37,733 nucleotides of DNA from Pyrinomonadales bacterium (lineage in GTDB: Bacteria; Acidobacteriota; Blastocatellia; Pyrinomonadales; Pyrinomonadaceae). Below the pieces are notes generated by a model that saw nothing but the letters and a program-made list of their open reading frames with translations, had not been told where the DNA came from and did not search any database. Numbering within the stretch: position 1 is the first letter of the stretch; every line of letters begins with the position of its first letter. The stretch covers positions 1 through 37,733 of the forward strand of contig JBBRUA010000001.1 of assembly GCA_038248245.1 (NCBI GenBank). The letters are read 5' to 3'. The position numbers were made by a program, and so were the translations under genes. Below, piece by piece: positions 24,930 to 33,849 of this stretch.

Positions 24930-27665
24930 CTAGACGATCTGATAACTAAAATTCCCGTCCTCGCCCGTCGCGACATGGACGCTTTGCAGTCCGTCACCCG
25001 TCGCCATCCGCGAAAGCACCTCGCCCGACATTTGCGGTAAAAGCGTTCCGGTCAGGATGTTATAAACGTTGCGGGCACCGCTGTCGACATCGGTGCAGCG
25101 TTTCGCCACTGTCTCGATGACTGAATCGTCGTAGGTGAATTTCGCTCCATGATTGTCCATAATACGGCGTTCGATCTTCTTGAGCTGGAGTTTTACGATC
25201 AGCCGCAGAATGTCATCGGAGATCGGGTAATAAGGAACTGTGACCATGCGGCCGAGCAACGCCGGTTTGAACGCCTGATTCAACTCCGGTTTGACCGCGT
25301 CGACGAGGCCGTCGGGCAAAGGTTTTGTATCCGGATCGGCACAGAGCTTCATGATCGTGTCGGTGCCGACATTCGACGTGAGCAAGATGATGCAGTTCTT
25401 GAAGTCGATCTCGCGACCCTCGCCGTCTTCGAGCACGCCTTTATCGAACACCTGAAAGAAAAGCTCCATCACGTCCGGGTGGGCCTTTTCAACTTCGTCG
25501 AGCAAAACGACGGAATACGGTTTGCGTCGCACTGCCTCGGTGAGAACTCCGCCTTCGCCATAGCCGACGTATCCCGGAGGCGAGCCTTTGAGACTCGAAA
25601 CCGTGTGTGCCTCCTGATACTCGCTCATGTTGATCGAGATCAGATTGCGTTCGCCGCCGTAGAGCGATTCGGCGAGGGCGAGGGCAGTTTCGGTTTTACC
25701 AACGCCGGACGTACCAACAAGTAGAAACACGCCGATCGGACGTTTCGGATCTGTTAATCCGGCTCGTGAGGTGCGAATTCGCTGCGCGATCGCCTCGAGT
25801 GCATGATCCTGGCCGAGAACGCGTTCCTGCAATGTCGCTGCAAGGTTCAACACCGCATTTATCTCGTCCGCGACCATTTTGCCGATCGGAATTCCGGTCC
25901 AGCCCGAGATCACCTCGGCCACTGTCTGCCCATTCACCACCGGTTGCATTAGCGGGTCATCGCCCTGAATTTGCTTCAATTCCGCATTAGCCTGCTTCAA
26001 TTCAGCCTTGAGAGCCTCGTTGTCGACCGGCTCGGCGACGGCCGTTGGAGCTTTGGTTTCAATCGCGGCCTCTTCACCTTCCGCCGGAGCCGTCGCCTCA
26101 GTTTTAGCATTTGAAGGCTGAGCATCGAGCCTTGTCATCTCGAGTTTGAGGCGAATGTTGCGAATTCTGTCCGTCAATTCACGCTCTTTCGCCCATTGTT
26201 CATTCAGTTTCGCAAGCTCTGCGTCCGTCTCCGTGCGTTTGGCGATCAGCTCGGCGAGCCGTGTGTCGTGACCGGCACCGGTGACCTGTTCGCGTTCAAG
26301 AGCTTCGATCTCGGATGTCAGATTCTGGATCCGGCGAGTTGCGTCCTCGACCGAAGCAGGTGTTGCACCCTGACCGATTGCGACTTTCGCACAGGCCGTA
26401 TCAAGGACCGACACACTTTTATCCGGCAACTGGCGGCCGGTAATGTAGCGAGCGGAAAGCTTAACGCTCTCGACGATCGCTTCGTCGAGGACGCGAACGT
26501 TGTGATGCTCTTCCATTTTCCCGGACAGGCCGCGCATCATTGCTATTGCCTTTTCTTCGTCAGGTTCTTCGATCTTGACGACCTGAAAGCGGCGGGCTAG
26601 GGCCGCGTCCTTCTCAAAATATTTTTTGTATTCCGCCCAGGTCGTTGCCGCGATCGTGCGAAGTTCGCCGCGTGCCAAGGCAGGTTTGAGCAGATTGGCG
26701 GCGTCGTTCTGTCCGGCCGCTCCGCCCGCACCGATCATCGTGTGGGCCTCGTCGATAAACATAATTATAGGCTGCGGCGAAGATTTAACCTCGTCGATCA
26801 CCGATTTCAAACGCTGTTCGAACTCGCCTTTGATTCCCGCACCGGCCTGCAAAAGCCCGAGATCCAAGGATCGCACCGAGCAATTCCTAAGCGGTTCCGG
26901 GACATCACCGATGGCGACACGTGCGGCAAATCCCTCAACTACCGCAGTTTTACCGACGCCGGCCTCACCTGTCAGGATCGGATTGTTTTGCCGGCGGCGG
27001 GTGAGAATATCGACGATCTGCCTGATCTCGCCGTCACGCCCGAGGATCGGATCGATCTTCCCGGCCCGAGCTTTCGCAGTCAGGTCTTCTGTGTATTGAT
27101 CAAGTGCCTTCGTTTTGCCCGCAACGCCGCTCGCGACCGGAGCTCCGTCGGATGTCGCGGCAGTTTCGCCGAGAGCGACCGCGTCACGTTCCTCGGCCGA
27201 ATCCGCTGTTATCTCAGCCAGCTTTGTCTGCAGAGATTCAGCGGAAATGTGTGCGAATTCGCGAGAGATCTCACGAGCTATCCGTGCGTAATTCTCATTC
27301 AGAACTAGCGCAAGGATCAAATGTCCGGAGCGGACGCGGGCTGCACCAAAATCGACGGAAGCCAGCAACCACGCGTCCTGTATCCATCGCGGCAGCCGGT
27401 CGCTGAGGCCGGGCGTACGCGAATTGCCACTCTTTAGCCGATCAAGCGCGTTACTGACATCTTTCGTGAGACGGTCAATATTGACCTCGTAATGATTACA
27501 GATCTTGTGCAGATCGGTGTCGTCTTGCTCGAGCAGTTTCGCCAAAATATGCTCGATCTCGACATCATAATTCGTCCGCGAAAGACAAAGCCCGGCCGCA
27601 CCCTCAAGTGCGTTTCGACTCGTGTCATTCAATCTACCGACCAAAGATTTAAGATTTACGTTCAT
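24930..27665 (-). CDS. clpV: T6SS AAA+ ATPase ClpV (TssH)
   Basis: The protein has a Clp N-domain and two Walker A motifs ('GEAGVGKTAV' and 'GTSGVGKTE'). The middle coiled coil and 'RPIGVFLLVG' are present. Length is 911 aa. Confidence 0.95.
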   Translation of the reverse strand: MNVNLKSLVGRLNDTSRNALEGAAGLCLSRTNYDVEIEHILAKLLEQDDTDLHKICNHYEVNIDRLTKDVSNALDRLKSGNSRTPGLSDRLPRWIQDAWLLASVDFGAARVRSGHLILALVLNENYARIAREISREFAHISAESLQTKLAEITADSAEERDAVALGETAATSDGAPVASGVAGKTKALDQYTEDLTAKARAGKIDPILGRDGEIRQIVDILTRRRQNNPILTGEAGVGKTAVVEGFAARVAIGDVPEPLRNCSVRSLDLGLLQAGAGIKGEFEQRLKSVIDEVKSSPQPIIMFIDEAHTMIGAGGAAGQNDAANLLKPALARGELRTIAATTWAEYKKYFEKDAALARRFQVVKIEEPDEEKAIAMMRGLSGKMEEHHNVRVLDEAIVESVKLSARYITGRQLPDKSVSVLDTACAKVAIGQGATPASVEDATRRIQNLTSEIEALEREQVTGAGHDTRLAELIAKRTETDAELAKLNEQWAKERELTDRIRNIRLKLEMTRLDAQPSNAKTEATAPAEGEEAAIETKAPTAVAEPVDNEALKAELKQANAELKQIQGDDPLMQPVVNGQTVAEVISGWTGIPIGKMVADEINAVLNLAATLQERVLGQDHALEAIAQRIRTSRAGLTDPKRPIGVFLLVGTSGVGKTETALALAESLYGGERNLISINMSEYQEAHTVSSLKGSPPGYVGYGEGGVLTEAVRRKPYSVVLLDEVEKAHPDVMELFFQVFDKGVLEDGEGREIDFKNCIILLTSNVGTDTIMKLCADPDTKPLPDGLVDAVKPELNQAFKPALLGRMVTVPYYPISDDILRLIVKLQLKKIERRIMDNHGAKFTYDDSVIETVAKRCTDVDSGARNVYNILTGTLLPQMSGEVLSRMATGDGLQSVHVATGEDGNFSYQIV

Positions 27666-27687
27666 TACTATTCTCCTAATAGGTTAT

Positions 27688-27714
27688 AACCACAGAGGCA
27701 CTGAGGCACAGAGA
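27688..27714. repeat. Left arm of the 27-nt inverted repeat flanking the GxxExxY gene
   Basis: aaccacagaggcactgaggcacagaga matches 24/27 with the reverse complement of 28083-28109. Confidence 0.85.
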
Positions 27715-27716
27715 GG

Positions 27717-28115
27717 TCAATTTCGCATTCTTTTTAAACCATTTTTCAATAGTGGCTCATGAAAATTCAACAACAATCCAAGAGGTAAATTCGCGAGCCG
27801 CAGGTATGAAAGTAGTTGTGCCTCGTGGACAGGAATAATTTTGGTCACCGCTTTTAGTTCGACGACGACAATACCTTCCACAACAATATCCATCCTATAC
27901 CCACAATCAAGTTTTACATCTTTGTAAACCACGGGCAGTGCAACCTGTCGAAGAAAACCTAAGCCTTTTTGAGACAGTTCGTAACATAGACACTCCTCAT
28001 AGGCAGATTCCAATAGGCCGGGACCGAGTACACGATGGACATCGATCGCACCACCGATGATGGCCTCTGTTATCTCATTTAATCTCTGTGTCTCCGTGTC
28101 TCTGTGGTTAAACAT
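27717..28115 (-). CDS. GxxExxY protein (PD-(D/E)XK nuclease-fold family)
   Basis: '[13 protein letters not shown]' carries the GxxExxY motif. '[17 protein letters not shown]' is a D...E-x-K-like core. The N-terminus is 'HRDTETQR'. The ATG abuts the tssG stop (TAAATG). Confidence 0.9.
   Translation of the reverse strand: MFNHRDTETQRLNEITEAIIGGAIDVHRVLGPGLLESAYEECLCYELSQKGLGFLRQVALPVVYKDVKLDCGYRMDIVVEGIVVVELKAVTKIIPVHEAQLLSYLRLANLPLGLLLNFHEPLLKNGLKRMRN
28083..28109. repeat. Right arm of the 27-nt inverted repeat (inside the 5' end of the GxxExxY gene)
   Basis: The reverse complement reads aaccacagagacacggagacacagaga. This segment encodes the 'NHRDTETQR' N-terminus. Confidence 0.85.
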
Positions 28116-29117
28116 TTATTGGAGCACCACCTGACCATCGTCTTGTTTAAAAGGCTTCGTCTTTAAAAATGTTGTCCATCCGAGCGTTGGTTTTCTCAAA
28201 GCTCTTGTCGTTAAAATGGTCGCCGGCACCTGTTTTGCACCAAGTACGAGTTGAAGATCGAAATCGAACTCGAGACCGACCATAAATTTGCAGATCGAAC
28301 GCAACGCCGCGTTCGCCGTGCCGTTCGGCAGGAACGCCTGAAAAGTTTTAAGGTCGAGCGGGCCGAGCCGGACGCGCATTTTCGACTGCTGGTCCCATAC
28401 ACGCGAACCAACGATCGCACTTTGACCGAGACGACTGTTCTCTTTGCCAAGTTTTGTGAGATCTTCGTCACCGAGGCTTAACCATTGACCGTAAAACTGT
28501 TCGATTTTTGCCGTAGTTTGGAAATAATCGCTCAAAATATTTTCGAGAGCGTTCGCCGTGTGCGGCTTTTGGGCGATGAGGCCCGCGTATGGTAAAAGGG
28601 TTTCATCGTCAAGATCGAGCCGGCCGCGAAGGCCTTTCGTACCCAAACCCGCGAAGTCGAACAGGTACGACGTGAACTCGTCGTCGCCGCGTTCATACGC
28701 GACCGGAAAACGATATTTTGCCCAGGCACGATAGAACATCGAAACGGCCCGGTGCGTAAAAATATCGAGAAACGACCACATCGCCGTGTCGCGGTGACGG
28801 ATGCGGTCTAGAACGAGCTCGGTGTAATGGGTCGGCAAAACTCCGCTGACGCCGACGACGCCCATGAAATTAACGAGCATCTCCGTGCGTTTCGCGTCGC
28901 CATCCTTTGCCTCGATCTCATTTATCTCGTGGATCTCGCTGGACGGAAAATCAAGAGCGATGCGCGACCGGAACCGAACGACCTCATCCTTAGGCAAGGC
29001 CGTCCCGCCGACCGCCTGCCGGTCGGGAGCCATCTTCTCAAGCAACCGCACCGCCTGAAAAAATTCAAACGAGTACGGTTCCTCAAAAAGTTTTTTGTCC
29101 AGTTTCTTCTCAGCCAC
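28116..29117 (-). CDS. tssG: T6SS baseplate protein TssG
   Basis: The N-terminal 'YSFEFFQAVRLLEK' and the overall pattern are TssG-like. The GTG at 29117 is the first start codon after an in-frame TAG. Confidence 0.9.
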   Translation of the reverse strand: MAEKKLDKKLFEEPYSFEFFQAVRLLEKMAPDRQAVGGTALPKDEVVRFRSRIALDFPSSEIHEINEIEAKDGDAKRTEMLVNFMGVVGVSGVLPTHYTELVLDRIRHRDTAMWSFLDIFTHRAVSMFYRAWAKYRFPVAYERGDDEFTSYLFDFAGLGTKGLRGRLDLDDETLLPYAGLIAQKPHTANALENILSDYFQTTAKIEQFYGQWLSLGDEDLTKLGKENSRLGQSAIVGSRVWDQQSKMRVRLGPLDLKTFQAFLPNGTANAALRSICKFMVGLEFDFDLQLVLGAKQVPATILTTRALRKPTLGWTTFLKTKPFKQDDGQVVLQ

Positions 29118-29122
29118 GATGG

Positions 29123-29220
29123 TTTGGTTTCTGGTTTCTGGTTCCTAGTTTCTGAATTCTGAATTCTGAATTCTGAATTCTGAATTCTGAATTCTGGTTT
29201 CTGAATTCTAGCTTCTACCT
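29123..29220. repeat. Tandem heptanucleotide array (14 units, consensus TCTGRWT; 7x TCTGAAT) filling the tssF-tssG spacer
   Basis: Direct reading gives tttggtt, tctggtt x2, cctagtt, tctgaat x6, tctggtt, tctgaat, tctagct, tctacct. The array creates seven GAATTC sites. Confidence 0.9.
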
Positions 29221-29225
29221 TCCAA

Positions 29226-31109
29226 TCACAACAATTCCTGCTCTCCCGCTCTCGGCGGGAAGCGTTTGACGATCTCTTCTCTTTGCTGAGTTTTGAGGAC
29301 CATTTGGTTGAACGAATTGAGCGATGCGTACAAACCCAAAAATCGTTCGAGCACGCAGGAAAACAGGTACATTCCGCTGCCGACGTACTGCTCTTCGTCG
29401 AAGGTCAGCGTCGTTTCGAGGCCGCGGACGAAACCGGCACCGATGCGTCCGCCGATCTGCCGGACGACCTTTCGCGACTCGATGCCAGTAATACCAAGGA
29501 TCTGCTTTCGCGAAACATTCGAATCGTTAAAGTTGTACAGATGCAGGATCTCTTGCAATGCCTCGGGCGTTCCATTTTCTCCGCCGACTATCGAGAGATA
29601 ATTTAGATTGAGGTGCGAGATCAGACGCCAGTGGGCGCTTCGCCGCTGTGGCGGACGGATCGTTTCCGTCGGCTTGGTCAAACATTTCACACGCGACAAC
29701 AGTGCTGTTCCCTCGACTTCGAAATCGCCTTCTTTCCCGCCGAACGGCAATCTCGCCGGCAGATCGCGGTTCGTGCAGGTCGTTTTCACATTCAAAACTT
29801 CGACCGCCGGTATCAGCGGATCAAAATCCATATCGACGAGAGACATAAATATCTCGGTACCTTCGTCATCCGGCCTTTGCGAGGCCCGGCGGACGGTGTA
29901 CCAGAAAGATTTTTCCATCTGTTCACCGTAGGCGTGACGCATCGAGTAAAACGGCGAAAAATCGCGGGTCGTATTCGTTCGAGGATCGCTCGTTATAACT
30001 TCGTCAACGGAATAGATCTCGGTTGACGATTGCCGGTGAACATCGGGTATGACCTGATATTCGTATTTTTGCTGTGATAGATAAATTGGATCCGAGAGTT
30101 TAGAGAACAGGTTGACGATCGGCGTGCAGCCCATTCGAAAAGTCTCATTTGAAACCGGAGCGACCGGCGGCGTTATGTCCTTGAGATGGATCAGTATGTC
30201 AAAATGACTGCCAAATTTTTTCGCGATCGCCTGATCGAGCCCGTGAATATCAACGAACAAAAATTTATACGGAAACGAAAAATACTCCGTCAGCAGCCGA
30301 TAGCCCATGAACGAGCGTTTCGTGTACGGTAGTAGCGACTGGTCGTCGTTGAAACCGACCTGTTTTATCACATCGCTGGCCGGCAGAATTATCGGATCGG
30401 GCAATTTGGCTTGAAAATTCGTGATCGTCTTATTGCCGATCGGCTGCTCTTTGGCCCGAAATTCGACCGTCGTTGCGTGATTAAAAATGATCTCGTACAG
30501 CGGAAATACGAGTTGCGGGTCGCCGTCGAGGTAAAATCGAATAGATCCCGGCGGCTTTCCATTAGCTCCGGATCTCATTTCGTGCAGGTTCGCGTCGCCG
30601 AAACACCGCATACTGAGCCTGATGTGACTGTCGGCGAATTTCCCGCGGCCGTCTTTTGGAGCGGCTGATTCGAGAGCGGCGCTCTGGATCTCCATCGGCA
30701 TCAGATCGACATCGTAAGCGGTGCGAAATCGGCACGGGCTGCCGTCGATCGGACGGGAATTGAGTCGCGAACCGGCTTCCATTTTTTGCACGGCGGTCAG
30801 TTTATCGTTAGGCGAACCGTAAGAGAATTGGGCGATCGCCATCGACGGTATCGGCGAGAGATAGTGTGGGTAAAGGACGTTAAAAAACGCCTCGGTGATC
30901 TCCGGCAGTTCGTCGTCGAGCTTGAGTCCGATGCGGCCCGTGAGGTATGCGAAGGCCTCGATCATCCGCTCGACATGCGGGTCCTCGATCTTTTCCTCAT
31001 CGAGTTCGAGACGGGCGGCGATCTTCGGATAACGACGGGCGAACTCCGCACCCATCCGGCGCAGAAAAACGAGTTCCCGCTCATAATATCCTAAGAGTTC
31101 ATCGCGCAT
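29226..31109 (-). CDS. tssF: T6SS baseplate protein TssF
   Basis: The N-terminus 'LLGYYERELVFLRRMGAEFARRYPKIAARL' is the typical TssF start. Length is 627 aa. Confidence 0.95.
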   Translation of the reverse strand: MRDELLGYYERELVFLRRMGAEFARRYPKIAARLELDEEKIEDPHVERMIEAFAYLTGRIGLKLDDELPEITEAFFNVLYPHYLSPIPSMAIAQFSYGSPNDKLTAVQKMEAGSRLNSRPIDGSPCRFRTAYDVDLMPMEIQSAALESAAPKDGRGKFADSHIRLSMRCFGDANLHEMRSGANGKPPGSIRFYLDGDPQLVFPLYEIIFNHATTVEFRAKEQPIGNKTITNFQAKLPDPIILPASDVIKQVGFNDDQSLLPYTKRSFMGYRLLTEYFSFPYKFLFVDIHGLDQAIAKKFGSHFDILIHLKDITPPVAPVSNETFRMGCTPIVNLFSKLSDPIYLSQQKYEYQVIPDVHRQSSTEIYSVDEVITSDPRTNTTRDFSPFYSMRHAYGEQMEKSFWYTVRRASQRPDDEGTEIFMSLVDMDFDPLIPAVEVLNVKTTCTNRDLPARLPFGGKEGDFEVEGTALLSRVKCLTKPTETIRPPQRRSAHWRLISHLNLNYLSIVGGENGTPEALQEILHLYNFNDSNVSRKQILGITGIESRKVVRQIGGRIGAGFVRGLETTLTFDEEQYVGSGMYLFSCVLERFLGLYASLNSFNQMVLKTQQREEIVKRFPPRAGEQELL

Positions 31110-31153
31110 TTACGTCCGTATTATAGCTTAGATGAGAAATTTATTGAACCGAA

Positions 31154-31639
31154 TTATTTTTCGATTACGGCGAATTCGCCGCTGCCTGATTGCAGGATCG
31201 TGTCAAATACCACCGGTTCGGGCGTCGGATCAAGGTCGAGCCGGGCCTCGATCCTGAATCGGAGATGGCGGTCGATGTTTTCGACGGGATCGAGCGTTAC
31301 CTTGGCGTTAAGGAATCGTGGTTCGAAAGTCTTTATTGCCAGTTCGAGAGCCTTGGTTAGACGCTTTTGTTCCGCCGGACTTTTCGGGCTCATCCCCATA
31401 ATGTCGGGCAGGCCGTAGAATTCGACCGAACGCCTGACCTCCGAGTTTTCGTCACTGTCGAGATCTCCGTGGCACCGCGTATTTAATAGCCACTCAAGGT
31501 CGCGACGCACCGATGCCTTTAGTTCCTGCAGGCTGGTAGATCGGGATTTCGAAGCCTCGGTCGAGACCCTCGGTTCCAGATCGATCAGCCGGTCGAGAAC
31601 CGACGGCGTAACCCGCATTTCGAGATCGCTTCTGGCCAT
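31154..31639 (-). CDS. tssE: T6SS baseplate protein TssE (gp25-like)
   Basis: ATG at 31639 (MARSDLEMRVTPSVLDRLID...). 'LKASVRRDLEWLLNTR' and 'SVEFYGLPD' follow the GPW/gp25 pattern. The upstream ORF extension covers a hairpin. Confidence 0.85.
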   Translation of the reverse strand: MARSDLEMRVTPSVLDRLIDLEPRVSTEASKSRSTSLQELKASVRRDLEWLLNTRCHGDLDSDENSEVRRSVEFYGLPDIMGMSPKSPAEQKRLTKALELAIKTFEPRFLNAKVTLDPVENIDRHLRFRIEARLDLDPTPEPVVFDTILQSGSGEFAVIEK

Positions 31640-31649
31640 TGTCTGAATT

Positions 31650-31710
31650 TGAAAAGACGAGAAAAAATAAATTTTGCAGGGCTCGCGGCATTTCGCCGCA
31701 GAGCCCTGCA
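31650..31710 (-). terminator. Strong stem-loop (15 bp, 1 bulge) downstream of hcp; terminator/attenuator-like
   Basis: tgcagggctcgcggc-atttc-gccgcAgagccctgca spans 31675-31710. On the sense (minus) RNA it is followed by AAAAUUUAUUUUUU. Confidence 0.5.
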
Positions 31711-31734
31711 TTTTGTCGACAGATAAGGTAGAAG

Positions 31735-32223
31735 TTAAACCTTCTTGTTTGCCTTGACGTCGTATCCGGCCTTGATGGCACCACCTAGCGAACCGTCCAC
31801 CTTCTGTTCTTTATACTCAAACTCGACCTTTGCGAAGTTGAGCGAGATCTGATCGGTCGGCCCCGAACCGCCGCCTGCCGAAGCACCTGTCTGGTAGGAC
31901 GACACCAAAACATCGGTAAATGTTACCTTCAGGTATTCCTGTTGATCCGTACCTGCTTTGCGGCAGACCAGGGTTGCCTTCTTGATGTGTTCGCCGGTCG
32001 CACACGTGAGCATCAGTTTTGGCGATGCCTTGTTCATATTCATAACAAAGTGAAAGTCCTGCATCGAAACCTTACCCGATCCGCCGCCGCCGCCGGCACT
32101 AAATGAACCGGCATTCGATGCGCCCCATGAAAAGGACTGGAGATCGATGTCGCCCTTATGTTTGCTGTCTGCGCTTTCGCCGTCGATACCGTCTAACTTT
32201 AAGAAAAAATCTACTGATGCCAT
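31735..32223 (-). CDS. hcp: T6SS tube protein Hcp (TssD)
   Basis: ATG at 32223. 'MASVDFFLKLDGIDGESADSKHKGDIDLQSFSWG' is the canonical Hcp N-terminus. Length is 162 aa. Confidence 0.9.
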   Translation of the reverse strand: MASVDFFLKLDGIDGESADSKHKGDIDLQSFSWGASNAGSFSAGGGGGSGKVSMQDFHFVMNMNKASPKLMLTCATGEHIKKATLVCRKAGTDQQEYLKVTFTDVLVSSYQTGASAGGGSGPTDQISLNFAKVEFEYKEQKVDGSLGGAIKAGYDVKANKKV

Positions 32224-32293
32224 TTTTTTATGCTCCTTTAATATCAATCTATAAACTTGCTAATGACCGTTTCATCAGCCACATCATTAAGAC

Positions 32294-32342
32294 GCAAACG
32301 CGAAAAGTTTTTGCATACTTTTGAAAAACTTTTCGCATTTGC
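32294..32342. repeat. 19-nt-arm inverted repeat (11-nt loop) in the tssC-hcp intergenic region
   Basis: gcaaacgcgaaaagttttt (32294-32312) pairs with aaaaacttttcgcatttgc (32324-32342) at 18/19 positions. The single mismatch becomes a G.U pair on the sense (minus) transcript. Confidence 0.8.
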
Positions 32343-32352
32343 GAGGTAAAAG

Positions 32353-33843
32353 TTAGCCGTTGGCCGGCTGCGGCAGTTCGGCGACGAGCCGAAGCGACAC
32401 AGATAGTTCGTCTAATTGGAAATGCGGCTGCATAAAGGCAACTGCACGGTAACAGCCGGGTTTGCCCGGTATCTCGGCGACCTCGATCCGGCCCTCTCTC
32501 AGTGGATACTGAGCTTTGGTAGCGGGCGAAGCGTTGTCGTCGTCGGTCACGTAGTTATTGATCCATTGATTAAGGAACATCTCGCAATCTTTACGTGACA
32601 TGAACGAACCGATCTTGTCACGCATCATCGATTTTAGATAATGCGCGAATCGGGACATGGCGAAAATGTACTGCAATTGCGTCGAAAGCCGCGCGTTAGC
32701 ATTTGCGGAATCCGAATCGTACTTTCTCGCTTTGTTGGCGGATTGAGCACCGAAGAATGCGGCGTAATCCGTTCCTTTGCAATGCACGAGCGGGATAAAG
32801 CCGTTATCGGCGAATTCCTTCTCGCGGCGATCAGTGATGGCGACCTCGGTCGGGCACTTCATCGCGACCTCGCCTTCGTCGGTGGCGAAGGTATGGGTCG
32901 GCAGTCCGGCAACGAGCCCGCCGCCTTCAACTCCGCGGATAGCGACGCACCAGCCGTACATCGAGAATGCCTCGGTCAGGCGAGTTCCCAATGCGTAAGC
33001 GGCATTGCCCCACAGATATTTTTTGTTATCAGTGCCATCGACATCTTCTTCAAAGCGAAACGTCTCGGTCGGTTTTGTCGCCGCTCCGTATGGTTCACGC
33101 ATCAGGACGTGCGGAATGGTCAGGCCGACATAGCGTGAATCCTCCGACTCGCGGAAGCTGCGCCATTTCATATACTCGGTGCGGTCAAAGATCTTAGCTA
33201 CATCTCGAACCTCAGACATTTCCGAATACGAATCCCAGCCGAACATACCCGACGACGCGGCGCTCAAGAATGGAGCGTGAGCCGCGGCGGCAACCTGCGA
33301 AATGCTCTCGAGCAAAGCCATATCCTGCGGATGGTTGCCGAACTCGAAATCGCCGATCAGAGCACCGAATGGAGCTCCGCCGAATGTGCCGTACTCTTCC
33401 TCATAGATCTTTTTGAACATCGCCGACTGGTCAAATTCTAAAGCGCGTTCAAAATCCTTGAGCATGTCCTTTTTAGTGACGCTCATTACTTTGATCTTCA
33501 GTTGGGGGCCGGTGATGCTGTTTTTGATCAAATGATGCAGACCGCGCCACGAGCCTTCCAGTTTCTGGAAATCTTCCTGGTGCATGATCTCATTCATCTG
33601 AGCGGAAACGAGACGGTCGATCTCGGCGATGCGTGAATTGATCGCGACGTCCATATTCTTGGACATCGTAAGTTCGCCGCTCATCACCTGAGAGACGAAT
33701 TCGCCGATCATATCCTTGGCGCGTTCCTTTTGAAAATCGTCGCGGGCCATTCGGCCGTCGGTCAAGATCTTGTCGAGCAGGCCTCCGCCCGCTTCGGCCT
33801 CAACCGTTTCGACGGCAGCAGTTTCTTCTTTTGTCTTTGCCAT
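32353..33843 (-). CDS. tssC: T6SS contractile sheath large subunit TssC (VipB)
   Basis: The 496-aa protein shows blocks typical of TssC as I recall the family, including 'PFGALIGDFEF' and 'PLREGRIEV'. It lies immediately downstream of tssB. Confidence 0.95.
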   Translation of the reverse strand: MAKTKEETAAVETVEAEAGGGLLDKILTDGRMARDDFQKERAKDMIGEFVSQVMSGELTMSKNMDVAINSRIAEIDRLVSAQMNEIMHQEDFQKLEGSWRGLHHLIKNSITGPQLKIKVMSVTKKDMLKDFERALEFDQSAMFKKIYEEEYGTFGGAPFGALIGDFEFGNHPQDMALLESISQVAAAAHAPFLSAASSGMFGWDSYSEMSEVRDVAKIFDRTEYMKWRSFRESEDSRYVGLTIPHVLMREPYGAATKPTETFRFEEDVDGTDNKKYLWGNAAYALGTRLTEAFSMYGWCVAIRGVEGGGLVAGLPTHTFATDEGEVAMKCPTEVAITDRREKEFADNGFIPLVHCKGTDYAAFFGAQSANKARKYDSDSANANARLSTQLQYIFAMSRFAHYLKSMMRDKIGSFMSRKDCEMFLNQWINNYVTDDDNASPATKAQYPLREGRIEVAEIPGKPGCYRAVAFMQPHFQLDELSVSLRLVAELPQPANG

Positions 33844-33849
33844 TTTGTC

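Noticed and set aside
29123-29220. Whether the heptamer array could be a CRISPR array or a coding repeat.
   Set aside because: The period is only 7 nt, with no spacers and no cas genes. An in-frame stop (TAG at 29145-29147 on the minus frame of tssG) shows the array is not part of tssG. I kept it as a simple-sequence repeat finding instead.
31640-31711. An upstream extension of the tssE ORF (MQGSAAKCREPCKIYFF...).
   Set aside because: The extension is the translation of the hcp-downstream hairpin and its U-tract. The conserved TssE sequence begins at the ATG at 31639.
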